Under the pieces are notes generated by a model. It worked only from the letters and a program-made list of their open reading frames with translations. It ran no database searches and was not told the DNA's origin. Below are positions 35,640 to 45,367 of a DNA stretch of 64,000 nucleotides, in pieces (position 1 is the stretch's first letter; every line of letters begins with the position of its first letter). The stretch is taken from contig JAHJQF010000001.1 in the NCBI GenBank assembly GCA_018819405.1, positions 577,377-641,376 on the forward strand, given 5' to 3'. The position numbers and the translations under genes were made by a program. This stretch comes from Patescibacteria group bacterium (GTDB lineage Bacteria > Patescibacteriota > Patescibacteriia > UBA1558 > GWA2-36-10).

Positions 35640-37103
35640 TTATGGTATGTTCTGCCAGCCCATATCAGATTGCTGGTCATTTTGTTTGTGGGAAGGTGAT
35701 TTGTTGTCAAAATTTGGGACTGGTATTTCATCGCCACTAGGAGTAGATATATCAGCTCCTTGATATTCTGTATCTAGATTTTTGAAGGAGACTTTGTTTT
35801 CATCAAAAAATAGTCTGCTCATACCAGTTGGACCATTTCTATGCTTATCAATATGAATCTCAGCGATGTGTCGTTCTTCCTCCGGACACTCACGGGATTT
35901 ATCTTTGGCTTTTCTGTAGATAAACATTACGATATCAGCATCCTGCTCAATAGACCCTGATTCTCTTAGGTCAGCTAGTTTTGGTATAGCTGGTGATCTA
36001 GCTTCTACCGCACGAGATAGCTGTGACAAGGCAAGTACCGGAATATCAAGTTCACGGGCAATTTGTTTCAAAGAACGAGAGATAGCTGATATTTCTTGGA
36101 CACGATTTTCAGTCTTGGTACTACCTTCCATAAGTTGTAGATAGTCAATCACCAAAAAACCTAGATTGTGTTCCATTTTTAGACGGCGAGCCTTGGTACG
36201 TATTTCCATAACATTGGCATTTGGAGAATCGTCAATAAATATTGGCGCTTCAGATAGTATGCCCATGGCTCGACCAATACGAGGGAAATCATCATCTTCT
36301 TCTCTGTCGGACAATTTGCCGGTACGCATTTTCCAAAGATCTACCTCAGCTTCAGCAGATAGCAGTCTGTCCACTAGTTGTTCTTTACTCATTTCCAGTG
36401 AAAATATACCGACAGGCACTCTGGCTCTGATAGCTACATTTCGGACCAAATCTAGAGCCAGAGTAGTTTTTCCCAGTGATGGCCTAGCAGCTAGTATTAT
36501 CAGATCAGAATTTTGAAAACCAGATAGTTTGTTGTCCAAATCACGGAAGCCAGTCGGGACACCTCTAGTACCTTTGCCGCCGGATTTGTGTAGTTCATCA
36601 ATACGATTGAAAGTATCGGTCAAAATATTTTTGATTGGTATAAAGTTTTTTTTGAGAGATTCTTGAGAAATAGCAAAAAGTTTTTGCTCAGCTTTGTCCA
36701 GCAATTTGGCTACATCTTCGTCTTGAGAAAAACTAAATTCAGATATTTCTGCCGCGGCTTGTTCTAGGCGACGCAGAGTGGATTTCTTTTGTATAATATC
36801 GGCGTATGATTCTACATGAGAAGAGTTGGGCACTGAAGCAGTCAGCTCGGCCAGATAGGCTTTACCACCAATACTCTCCAGTTGTTTTTTTTCATCCAAG
36901 CGGTTACCAACCGACAAGATATCAATTGGGTCATGTTTTTCAAATAAATCCAAAATAGCCTGATATATCAGACCATTACCATCTTTATAAAAATCAGTAG
37001 GACGCAAAGTATCACCAACTTTTATGACGGCCTCTTTATCTAGGAGTAAGGCTCCTAAAAGTGAGGATTCAGCTTCTAGATTTTGCGGGGGAATTTTGGT
37101 CAT
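35640..37103 (-). CDS. dnaB: replicative DNA helicase DnaB
   Basis: N-terminal PPQNLEAESSLLGALLLD, Walker A GARPSLGKTTLAL, RecA-like motifs LVIDYLQLM. Confidence 0.95.
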   Translation of the reverse strand: MTKIPPQNLEAESSLLGALLLDKEAVIKVGDTLRPTDFYKDGNGLIYQAILDLFEKHDPIDILSVGNRLDEKKQLESIGGKAYLAELTASVPNSSHVESYADIIQKKSTLRRLEQAAAEISEFSFSQDEDVAKLLDKAEQKLFAISQESLKKNFIPIKNILTDTFNRIDELHKSGGKGTRGVPTGFRDLDNKLSGFQNSDLIILAARPSLGKTTLALDLVRNVAIRARVPVGIFSLEMSKEQLVDRLLSAEAEVDLWKMRTGKLSDREEDDDFPRIGRAMGILSEAPIFIDDSPNANVMEIRTKARRLKMEHNLGFLVIDYLQLMEGSTKTENRVQEISAISRSLKQIARELDIPVLALSQLSRAVEARSPAIPKLADLRESGSIEQDADIVMFIYRKAKDKSRECPEEERHIAEIHIDKHRNGPTGMSRLFFDENKVSFKNLDTEYQGADISTPSGDEIPVPNFDNKSPSHKQNDQQSDMGWQNIP

Positions 37104-37238
37104 GCTTTTTTACTTGTAAAATCAGCTTACCTTATCTGGGCTTATTTTTCAAGGCTTATTTATTGACAATTTATAAACACCTTGAGTCAGCTCAGTGCGG
37201 GGTAAATAAAAAAACAGCCGATTGGCTGATATTATAAG

Positions 37239-37315
37239 TGGTGCGCCCAGTAGGATTCGAACCTACGACCGTCTGCTTAAAAGGCAGCTGCTCTACCAGG
37301 CTGAGCTATAGGCGC
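37239..37315 (-). tRNA. tRNA-Lys (anticodon TTT), CCA encoded
   Basis: Reverse complement folds as acceptor GCGCCTA/TGGGCGC (one G-U), D-arm GCTC-AGCCTGGTA-GAGC, anticodon loop CTTTTAA, T-arm GTAGG-TTCGAAT-CCTAC. Confidence 0.75.
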
Positions 37316-37484
37316 GTATGAAAATTGAAATTGATTGTAAATAAATACTAGAGAGCCTAATATCGCTAATTAGCGAAGCCTGGAAGGCTGCCTGCCCCGT
37401 AGCTTTAGCGTAGCGGGGAGCTTATAGGCGCAAAAGCAAAATTACGAGGCTTAGTATATGGTATTTTGGCTGTTTTGTCAATAT

Positions 37485-39296
37485 CTACATTTGCTCAGGT
37501 GCTTCAATTCCCAATAACTTTAGGCCTTTAGCCAAGGTCTCTTGGGTTAATAGAGAAATATTTAGCCTAATTTGTTTAGTATTATCATCTTCGGCATTTA
37601 AGACAGAGTGATGCTGATAAAAATTATTATAACTTTTGGCTAATTCAAAAAGATATTGATTGATCAGACTGGGATTATATTCTTTGGCACTTTTTAAAGT
37701 GATATGAGGAAATTGTAAGATAGTTTTGACCAGTTTTTTTTCTTCAGTATTAAAATGACTGGTTTCGAGGTTCTTTATTTTTTTTATTTGTCCGGATTTT
37801 TTTAGAATACTAGAAATTCTAGCATGGGTGTATTGTATAAAAGTACCAGTGTAACCGTCAAAAGAAATAGATTCACTTGGTTTAAATACTATATTCTTTT
37901 GCGGATTGGCAGAAAGCATAAAAAATTTGAGTGCTCCCAAGCCTACAATTTTAGCAATATTTTGTTTTTGATCATCGCTGGTTTCAACTTTTTTTTCAGC
38001 TTTGTTCATTACTTCTTTAGCAACATCAGTCATAGTAGCCATCAAATCATCAGCATCAGCTGTCTTGCCTTCGCGGGATTTTATTTTGCCGCCAGGTAGA
38101 GATACCATGCCATAGGAAAGATGATAAAGATTATCAGCCCATTTATAACCCAATTTTTCCAAGGTCAAAAATAATATCTTAAAATGGTAGTCTTGCTCAT
38201 TGGCAACTACATAAATACCCTGGTCAAATTTGAATTTTTTATATCTTTTGACGGCTGTACCCAAATCTTGAGTTAAATATACAGAAGTACCGTCAGCTCT
38301 TAGGAGGATTTTTTCGTCCAGTCCTTTTTTGGTCAAATCAATCCAAACAGAACCGTCATCTTTTTTGTAAAAGGTATTTTTCTTTAGGCCCTCTCCAACA
38401 ATTTGTTTGCCCAAAAGATAAGTATCACTTTCAAAATCCAGATGGTCAAACTCTACACCTAGATTTTTGTAGGTTTCTTCATAGCCAATATAAACCCAAT
38501 CATTCATCATTTTCCACAAGCGTCTGACATCTGGGTCATTGTTTTCCCAAGCAATCAGCATAGCATGAGCTTTTTTCATCCACTGGGAATGATTCAAAAA
38601 TTCTTCTTCAGCTTTTTTTCTCTCTAGATTTGGTAGTTTAGCCAAATCAATATTTTTTTTCTTAAAATATTTGTCTTGTTCTTCTTTTAAAACTTGGCCG
38701 AATTTTACATAATATTTTCCCACTAGGTGGTCGCCTTTCATATTGCTCGTTTCAGGTGTTTCACCATCTGCAAATTCTTGCCAGGCCAACATGCTTTTTA
38801 CTATATGTATACCTCGGTCATTTATAATATTTACAGCAATAGTTTTGTAGCCATTAGCTTTGAATATACTTATTAGGCTTTGGCCAATACAGGCATTTCT
38901 GACATGTCCGACATGTTGAGGCTTGTTGGTGTTTGGTCCAGAAAATTCTATCAGTACTTTTTGGCCTTTTCCGATTTTGTTTTGCCCAAATTTTTTATTG
39001 TCAGCTATTTCTTCCAGTGATTTTTTGACAAAATGTCGGTTTACAAAAATATTGAGATACGGACCAATGTTTTTTATTTCTTTTATTAATTCATTTTTAA
39101 CAAATGATTTGGCTAGTTGACTAGCTATGTCATTTGGTTTTTTTTTGCTTTTAGTGGCCAGCTCAAAACAAGCAAAGGCATAATCACCTAGTTTGTCTTC
39201 GGGCGGTAAATCCAAATCAAAATCATCCAATTCTATAGATAATATTGACCGGACATTTTCTTTTATATTTTCTTTTATCTGTTCTAAGGCAGTCAT
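37485..39296 (-). CDS. argS: arginine--tRNA ligase
   Basis: Class I HIGH motif PNTNKPQHVGHVRN, Add-1 N-terminal domain, DALR anticodon-binding C-terminus. Confidence 0.9.
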   Translation of the reverse strand: MTALEQIKENIKENVRSILSIELDDFDLDLPPEDKLGDYAFACFELATKSKKKPNDIASQLAKSFVKNELIKEIKNIGPYLNIFVNRHFVKKSLEEIADNKKFGQNKIGKGQKVLIEFSGPNTNKPQHVGHVRNACIGQSLISIFKANGYKTIAVNIINDRGIHIVKSMLAWQEFADGETPETSNMKGDHLVGKYYVKFGQVLKEEQDKYFKKKNIDLAKLPNLERKKAEEEFLNHSQWMKKAHAMLIAWENNDPDVRRLWKMMNDWVYIGYEETYKNLGVEFDHLDFESDTYLLGKQIVGEGLKKNTFYKKDDGSVWIDLTKKGLDEKILLRADGTSVYLTQDLGTAVKRYKKFKFDQGIYVVANEQDYHFKILFLTLEKLGYKWADNLYHLSYGMVSLPGGKIKSREGKTADADDLMATMTDVAKEVMNKAEKKVETSDDQKQNIAKIVGLGALKFFMLSANPQKNIVFKPSESISFDGYTGTFIQYTHARISSILKKSGQIKKIKNLETSHFNTEEKKLVKTILQFPHITLKSAKEYNPSLINQYLFELAKSYNNFYQHHSVLNAEDDNTKQIRLNISLLTQETLAKGLKLLGIEAPEQM

Positions 39297-39490
39297 ATGT
39301 TTACCCTGTTAAATAATATTTAAGCATACTTAAATATTAAATTCAAATTTCTTCTTATTTTGTTTATTAGTTTTTTAGCTTATTATATTCTTCTATTATT
39401 TGAATTTATTATATCAAAACTTGAATTTATTTAACAGGGTAATTTCAATAAAATTCAAGCGTGGTCATATTTATTATTTGTCTATATTTA

Positions 39491-39499
39491 TGTTATAAT
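39491..39499 (+). promoter_or_regulatory. extended -10 (TGtTATAAT) placed for a leaderless P-type ATPase transcript
   Basis: TGTTATAAT ends 6 nt before the ATG at 39506, putting the predicted TSS at the start codon. Confidence 0.45.
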
Positions 39500-39505
39500 A
39501 TAGGC

Positions 39506-42178
39506 ATGTCTGAAAAAGAAATAGCTTGGCATAGTTTGAGTTCAGCCCAAGTTTTGAAAAATCTAGACTCTAGTGAAAAGGGCTTGAGTTCCCAAGAAGC
39601 AAAAAAACGTCTAACAAAATATGGTTTTAATTTATTGGCAAAATCCAAGCATTTTTCTGCTGGGGCTTTATTTTTCTCACAATTTAAAAGTGCTTTAGTT
39701 TATGTTTTGATAATAGCGGGATTTATTTCTTTGTTTTTTGGTGAATATATAGATTCGTATGTTATTTTTTTGGCGGTTATCATAAATGTTATTGTTGGTT
39801 TTATTCAAGAATTCAAAGCCAATAAATCATTGGAAAAATTAAATGAAGTGGTCAAGCAAGAAACAATAGTTTTTAGAGATGGGCAGGAGCTAAAAATAGA
39901 ATCTCATAATATTGTAGTGGGGGATATTATAATTCTTGAATCAGGTAACCGTGTGCCAGCTGATGCACGTTTGATTTTAGCAAATGATTTGGAGGTAGAT
40001 GAGGCTACTCTTACCGGAGAATCTTGGCCGGTGAAAAAAAAATTGAACTCTATTGATATAGGTACTGTATTGGCCGAGAGGACAAATATGGTTTTTATGG
40101 GGACCTTGGTCGTTGAAGGTAGGGCTAAGGCAGTGGTAGTAAATACTGGTTTTACTACTGAAATGGGCAAGATTACTGTGTTGTTGAAAGAAACAGAGGA
40201 TGAAAAAACACCTTTACAGGAAAGATTAGACAATTTTGCCAGAAGTATTACCAAAATAATAGTTGTTATTGCTATTTTTTTGTTTATTTTTGGGATATTA
40301 AAAGGTCAGGAATGGTCTCATATGTTTACATTGGCGGTAGCCGTGGCCGTATCGGCAATTCCAGAAGGATTGATAATAGGTATGACTATGATTCTAACTG
40401 TAGGTATGCAGAGAATCCTAAAACACAATGGTTTGGTCAGGCGTCTGATTTCAGCTGAGACACTGGGATCAACGACTGTGATTTGTACAGATAAAACTGG
40501 CACCCTAACCGAAGGCGAAATGAGAGTGACTAGTATAATTACCAGCAGCCACCGTTTTGATTTGTCTACCGGCTCATTAAAAGATATTCTCTCAAAAACT
40601 GAAATTGATATTTTGGAAAAAATTTCTTTTTTGTGTAATGATAGCTCAATACAAAATATAGATCAGGCAGCTGACGATTGGTCTATTATTGGCAGTCCAA
40701 CTGAAAAAGCGTTAATTATATTTAGTGCAAACAATAGTAATGTCAGAAATTTGAGCAAAGAGCATCCGCGAGTTCAAGAAATACCTTTTGATTCTGGTAG
40801 AAAGTTTATGATTACCCGTCATCATTTTGATACTAAGCGTGATATCATATTTATCAAAGGAGCACCGGAAAAGATATTGTCTTTTTCAGATTTTTATCAA
40901 AATGATAAAAAAGTTACCAAAATTTCAAGTTCGCTAAAGAAGCGTTTTGATGAAGATTGGCAGAATTTGAGCAAAGAGGGGCTTAGGGTTTTGGCTGGAG
41001 CATATAGATTGGTACCTAAGGATTTTAAAGATTTTGAAAAATGTAAAGATAATCCTAATAATTTTATTTTTGTAGGTATTTGGGGTCTGTCTGATCCACT
41101 GAGGCCCGAGGCCAAAGAAACTTTACAAAAAACTTTGGCGGCTGGTATTAATACGGTGATAATTACTGGTGACAACAAATTTACAGCCAAAAGTATTGCC
41201 AAGGAACTCGGATTACCAGTCAGCGATAATAGTATTGTCACAGGTGACGAGCTACTTCAAATGACGGATGGAGAATTAAGCAAAAGAATTAGAGATATCA
41301 AACTTTATGCTAGGGTCACTCCAGCTGATAAATTGAGGATTATCAAAGCCTGGCAGAGTAAAGGTGAGGTAGTTTCTATGACTGGCGACGGAGTCAACGA
41401 TGCGCCAGCTCTTAAGGCAGCTGATACAGGTGTGGCTGTATCAAGCGGTTCTGATATAGCCAAAGAAACCGCGGATTTAGTGCTTTTGGATAATAATTTT
41501 TCCACCATAGTAATGGCAGTCAAACAGGGTAGAGTTATTTTTTCAAATCTCAAAAAACTTATATTATATCTTTTGTCAGATGCATTTTCAGAGGTTATAT
41601 TAATTACCGGTAGTTTTATATTGGGTATGCCTTTGCCTATTTTGGCTGCTCAGATATTGTGGGTAAACTTGGTTGACGATGGTTTTCCAGCTCTGGCTTT
41701 AACCATGGAGCCGGAAGAAGAGGAAATCATGAACAAAAAACCGGATAGAGGCAGCTCTTTATTAGATTTTGAAAGCAAATTTATTATTATGATGATCAGT
41801 TTTTTGACTGGTAGTGCTAGCTTGTTGATATTTTGGTTTATTTCTCAAAATACACATGATGAGGATTTAGCTAGGACAGTTACTTTTACTTTTTTGGCAA
41901 TTAGTACTTTGTGCTATGTATTTTCTATTAAGAGCCTGGAAAATAATATTTTTAGGTCTCATCCTTTTAATAATAAATATTTAAATGGAGCTGTTTTCAT
42001 AGGACTGATTACTCAATTGGCAGCTGTTTATCTTCCTTTTTTTAATAAGTTTTTAAGGACAAAACCAATAGGCTTTTATGAGTGGCAGGTTATTATTTTA
42101 TCTATCTTATTTTTGATAGTTTTAATAGAAATATCAAAGTTCATATTTATCAAATATAATAGAAAGTTTTCAAAATAA
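39506..42178 (+). CDS. P2-type cation-transporting P-type ATPase (Ca2+/Mg2+-ATPase-like)
   Basis: DKTGTLTEGEM phosphorylation site, PEGL, TGDGVNDAPALKAADTGVAV hinge, 10 TM pattern. Start taken at MSEKEIAW (39506), not the track start at 39461. Confidence 0.9.
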   Translation: MSEKEIAWHSLSSAQVLKNLDSSEKGLSSQEAKKRLTKYGFNLLAKSKHFSAGALFFSQFKSALVYVLIIAGFISLFFGEYIDSYVIFLAVIINVIVGFIQEFKANKSLEKLNEVVKQETIVFRDGQELKIESHNIVVGDIIILESGNRVPADARLILANDLEVDEATLTGESWPVKKKLNSIDIGTVLAERTNMVFMGTLVVEGRAKAVVVNTGFTTEMGKITVLLKETEDEKTPLQERLDNFARSITKIIVVIAIFLFIFGILKGQEWSHMFTLAVAVAVSAIPEGLIIGMTMILTVGMQRILKHNGLVRRLISAETLGSTTVICTDKTGTLTEGEMRVTSIITSSHRFDLSTGSLKDILSKTEIDILEKISFLCNDSSIQNIDQAADDWSIIGSPTEKALIIFSANNSNVRNLSKEHPRVQEIPFDSGRKFMITRHHFDTKRDIIFIKGAPEKILSFSDFYQNDKKVTKISSSLKKRFDEDWQNLSKEGLRVLAGAYRLVPKDFKDFEKCKDNPNNFIFVGIWGLSDPLRPEAKETLQKTLAAGINTVIITGDNKFTAKSIAKELGLPVSDNSIVTGDELLQMTDGELSKRIRDIKLYARVTPADKLRIIKAWQSKGEVVSMTGDGVNDAPALKAADTGVAVSSGSDIAKETADLVLLDNNFSTIVMAVKQGRVIFSNLKKLILYLLSDAFSEVILITGSFILGMPLPILAAQILWVNLVDDGFPALALTMEPEEEEIMNKKPDRGSSLLDFESKFIIMMISFLTGSASLLIFWFISQNTHDEDLARTVTFTFLAISTLCYVFSIKSLENNIFRSHPFNNKYLNGAVFIGLITQLAAVYLPFFNKFLRTKPIGFYEWQVIILSILFLIVLIEISKFIFIKYNRKFSK

Positions 42179-42296
42179 CTTAATTTATTGACAAATATAT
42201 ATATTTATGTTAAACATATATGTTTTTTAGTTTCCGGAATTATGAGGATAATTCACGGAGGAAGCAAGTAGTACACTGAACAAAGGAGTTGTTGCA

Positions 42297-43118
42297 ATGG
42301 CTCAAGATAAGCGGATCAATGCTCACCTGAGTAAGTTGTCTCTGGATGAGCAGGAAGCTTGTTCTCTGGTTGGCGGCTACGGTAGTCGTCATTTATCACC
42401 GACTTTTGTCTACGATTTTCGTCTCTTGCCGGAGGTCGTGATCTACTCCGGACCAAGTCGCTGTTGCCTGCGACGCATGATCAGGCAAGCCGAGAAGACT
42501 GGTAGCCGCAAGGCCTTGATCATGGATTTGGCTGATCGCACCAGGGTCAGCAAGCGATCTGTCCGTCGTTGGTTTAGCCTGAAGGCCGAACCCGGGCTCT
42601 TCCACTGGCTGGCTCTGCAGTACTTCATGTATTTCAAAGGATATGTGTCCCACGAAATCAGCATGCTGCCGGACTACGCCCGTAGTCTGATTGAGTCTGT
42701 TATCCAGGACAAGATCAGTCTCGGACAGGTGGCTCAGCGCATGGGCTGCAATCTGAATGATCTTGGAGAGCTTTTCCGAGGAGAGCGTCGGCTCACCTCC
42801 AAGGATAGACTCAAGATGTTGATGCTGGTCAGATATTTGAGTGATCAGCAGCACAATGAGGCTGTCCTGGCGGTGGCGGAGCTGGATCTCAACGAGGAGG
42901 GCGATACTCAGCTGACTGATGAAGGCATTAGTCAGGTTGCGCGCTATCTGCCTACTTTCGGACAAAATCATCGTCAGATTTTGGCCGGGGACAAGGCCAG
43001 CGACAGCACCAAGACTGATGGCGAATCGGCCGTCAAACGCAAGAAGAACACCAAGCGCAAGATTCGTCGCAACCGCGCGGCCAAGCGCAAGGAAAAGGAG
43101 AACGACAAGGACTCCTGA
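42297..43118 (+). CDS. GC-rich foreign-looking HTH-containing protein with lysine/arginine-rich C-terminal tail, hypothetical
   Basis: Canonical SD AAAGGAG 9 nt upstream. HTH-like LADRTRVSKRSVRRWF and SLGQVAQRMGCNLNDLGELF. C-terminal KRKKNTKRKIRRNRAAKRKEKE. Elevated GC with a fully overlapping antisense ORF. Confidence 0.5.
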   Translation: MAQDKRINAHLSKLSLDEQEACSLVGGYGSRHLSPTFVYDFRLLPEVVIYSGPSRCCLRRMIRQAEKTGSRKALIMDLADRTRVSKRSVRRWFSLKAEPGLFHWLALQYFMYFKGYVSHEISMLPDYARSLIESVIQDKISLGQVAQRMGCNLNDLGELFRGERRLTSKDRLKMLMLVRYLSDQQHNEAVLAVAELDLNEEGDTQLTDEGISQVARYLPTFGQNHRQILAGDKASDSTKTDGESAVKRKKNTKRKIRRNRAAKRKEKENDKDS

Positions 43119-43126
43119 TGACAAGT

Positions 43127-43170
43127 CCCCGTCGGAAGTGCCAAACACTTCCGACGGGGATATTTTTTTA
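43127..43170 (+). terminator. intrinsic terminator (15-bp stem + T-tract)
   Basis: TCCCCGTCGGAAGTG-CCAAA-CACTTCCGACGGGGA followed by TATTTTTTTA. Confidence 0.75.
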
Positions 43171-43369
43171 TTCTGATTTGACAGATTGGCTAATATTTGG
43201 TTAAATATAATTAATACTAATAAATTTAAAAGAATTTATGTTTGGAAAAGTCTTAAATAATGTAAATAACGCTAACCGATTGTTGTGACCGGGGACTTTT
43301 TATATATTGATTTAAAAAAGAAAATATCTCAAAGTTGTCGGTCACAGAAGGCCGATTTTTTTATCGCTT

Positions 43370-43445
43370 TCCGGGGTAGTTGAGTTGGTACAACGCCACG
43401 CTGTTAACGTGGATATCGCAGGTTCGAGTCCTGCCCCCGGAGCCA
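43370..43445 (+). tRNA. tRNA-Asn (anticodon GTT), CCA encoded
   Basis: Acceptor TCCGGGG/CCCCGGA, D-arm GTTG-AGTTGGTA-CAAC, anticodon stem CCACG/CGTGG with loop CTGTTAA, T-arm GCAGG-TTCGAGT-CCTGC. Confidence 0.8.
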
Positions 43446-43487
43446 CCGAGCTCAGCTCAATAAAAGTGTGCTATAATTATAAAACTT

Positions 43488-45248
43488 ATGCAGTATTTGA
43501 CAAAACAAACATTTAAAATTTTTTGGGAACACTTGCTAAAGTATAAATGGCAGGTTTTATTCATTTTGTCATCTATTACACTCGCTTCAATTGGCAATAT
43601 TATTGGGCCACTTTTGTATAAAGATTTTTTTGATATTTTGAGTAGTTCAGGAGATAGTATTGATAAAGTACCAATGCTCAAAATCATTCTGATGAAGGTA
43701 CTAGCTGTGTATATGATAAGTTGGTTTTTTTGGAGGGTCTCTACTTTTTTGACCACTTATTTTCAGACTCATGCTATGGCCGATATATCCAATTCTTCTT
43801 TTGCATATTTACACAAACATTCCATTTCTTTTTTTAATAATAGTTTTGTAGGATCGCTCGTCAAAAAAGTAAATAGATTTTCTAGGGCTTTTGAGGTTAT
43901 CACTGATTTAATATTTTGGGATTTTTTGCCAATTTTGGTAAATATATCTTTGATTATTATAGTGCTGGGCAAAAGAAATATATGGTTAGGCCTTGGTATT
44001 TTGACTTGGACTATAATTTATATGTTGATTAATTATTATTTTTCTTTATATAAATTAAAATACGATGTAGAAAGGGCTAGTCTCAACTCCAAGGTTACTG
44101 GAGTATTGGCCGATACTATTAGCAATCATCTTAATGTCAGATTGTTTAGTGCTTATAGTAGAGAAAGAAAGCGCTTCAAAGATGTAAATAGTGAGTATCA
44201 AAAAATGCATCAATTTACTTGGAATTTGGCCAATTATTTTGAAGCTTTCCAAACATTACTGATGACTGCTTTGGAAATTGGTGTGATGTATTATGCTATT
44301 TCTCTGTGGCAAAAAAATATTATTAGTATTGGAGATTTTGTTTTAATTCAGACTTATTTAATCAGTATAATAATGAGGCTCTGGAATTTTGGCCGTATTA
44401 TTAGAAAATATTATGAAGCTATGGCTGAGGCAGAAGAGATGACTGAAATATTGGAAACTCCACACGAAATTCAAGACATTAAGAGTGCCAAAACACTCAA
44501 AGTAAGTGGTGGTCAAATACAATTTCAAGAAGTAGATTTTTCTTACCACAAAACTCGGGAGATTATTTCTGATTTTAATCTAGATATTAAGCCTAAAGAA
44601 AAAATAGCCTTAATTGGTCCATCGGGCAGTGGCAAATCCACTTTAGTAAATTTGTTGCTGAGAAATTATGATATTGATAGGGGTGGTATTTTGATTGATA
44701 AGCAAAAGATTATCGGTGTCACACAAGAGTCTTTGTGGCAAAATATAGCTTTGGTCAATCAAGATCCGGTGTTGTTTCATAGGACACTCAAAGAAAATAT
44801 ACGTTACGGAAAACCAAATGCTAGTGATAAGGAAATTAAAAAAGCTGCTAAGTTGGCCCACGCTAATGTTTTTATTGATAATTTTACTGAAAAATATGAA
44901 ACATATGTAGGCGAGCGTGGGGTCAAACTTTCGGGTGGTGAAAGACAGCGTGTAGCTATTGCCAGAGCTATTCTCAAAAACGCGCCGATATTGGTACTTG
45001 ATGAGGCTACTTCATCTTTAGACTCTGAATCCGAAGAAATGATTCAAGACGCACTGGCTAATTTGATGAAAGATAAAACAGTAATGGTCATTGCTCATCG
45101 TTTGTCTACTATTATGAAGATGGATAGGATAGTTGTCCTTGATAAAGGTAAGATTGTAGAACAAGGTACTCATCAGGAGTTGATCAATAAAAAAGGCGGT
45201 TTGTATAAAAAACTTTGGGAAAAGCAAGTGGGCGGTTTTATTGCATAA
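43488..45248 (+). CDS. ABC transporter permease/ATP-binding protein (type I exporter, MsbA-like half transporter)
   Basis: Six N-terminal TM helices. Walker A GPSGSGKST, signature LSGGERQRVAIARA, Walker B ILVLDEATSSLD. Confidence 0.9.
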   Translation: MQYLTKQTFKIFWEHLLKYKWQVLFILSSITLASIGNIIGPLLYKDFFDILSSSGDSIDKVPMLKIILMKVLAVYMISWFFWRVSTFLTTYFQTHAMADISNSSFAYLHKHSISFFNNSFVGSLVKKVNRFSRAFEVITDLIFWDFLPILVNISLIIIVLGKRNIWLGLGILTWTIIYMLINYYFSLYKLKYDVERASLNSKVTGVLADTISNHLNVRLFSAYSRERKRFKDVNSEYQKMHQFTWNLANYFEAFQTLLMTALEIGVMYYAISLWQKNIISIGDFVLIQTYLISIIMRLWNFGRIIRKYYEAMAEAEEMTEILETPHEIQDIKSAKTLKVSGGQIQFQEVDFSYHKTREIISDFNLDIKPKEKIALIGPSGSGKSTLVNLLLRNYDIDRGGILIDKQKIIGVTQESLWQNIALVNQDPVLFHRTLKENIRYGKPNASDKEIKKAAKLAHANVFIDNFTEKYETYVGERGVKLSGGERQRVAIARAILKNAPILVLDEATSSLDSESEEMIQDALANLMKDKTVMVIAHRLSTIMKMDRIVVLDKGKIVEQGTHQELINKKGGLYKKLWEKQVGGFIA

Positions 45249-45367
45249 GATAATATGGCTAATAAATATCAATATTCTACACGAAACATTAAGCTTGTGT
45301 TATAATTTAAATATAATAAATTGCAGGCATCAATGTGCCTTTTTTTATTAAACTTTTAAATAAAATT

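Noticed and set aside
36166-36516. ORFs 36166..36516 and 36242..36430 antisense/in-frame within dnaB
   Set aside because: Inside a well-supported dnaB coding frame. No independent signals.
39461-39505. Longer P-type ATPase start at 39461
   Set aside because: It begins inside the extended -10 element. P2-type ATPases typically start near MSEKE..W/H, and the upstream segment is hydrophobic junk.
42396-43176. Antisense ORFs 42396..43148 (250 aa), 42443..42664, 42919..43176 in islet C
   Set aside because: They run through the terminator hairpin, lack an SD, and are Ala/Gly/Leu-rich GC-frame artifacts. The plus-strand ORF with SD is retained.
43270-43369. Partial tRNA-Asn 5' copy (TGACCGGGGAC) upstream of tRNA-Asn, analogous to the Glu/Lys cases
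   Set aside because: Only 7 nt of similarity. The flanking inverted repeat TTGTGACCGG / CCGGTCACAG is more simply a small regulatory hairpin. Too weak to claim.
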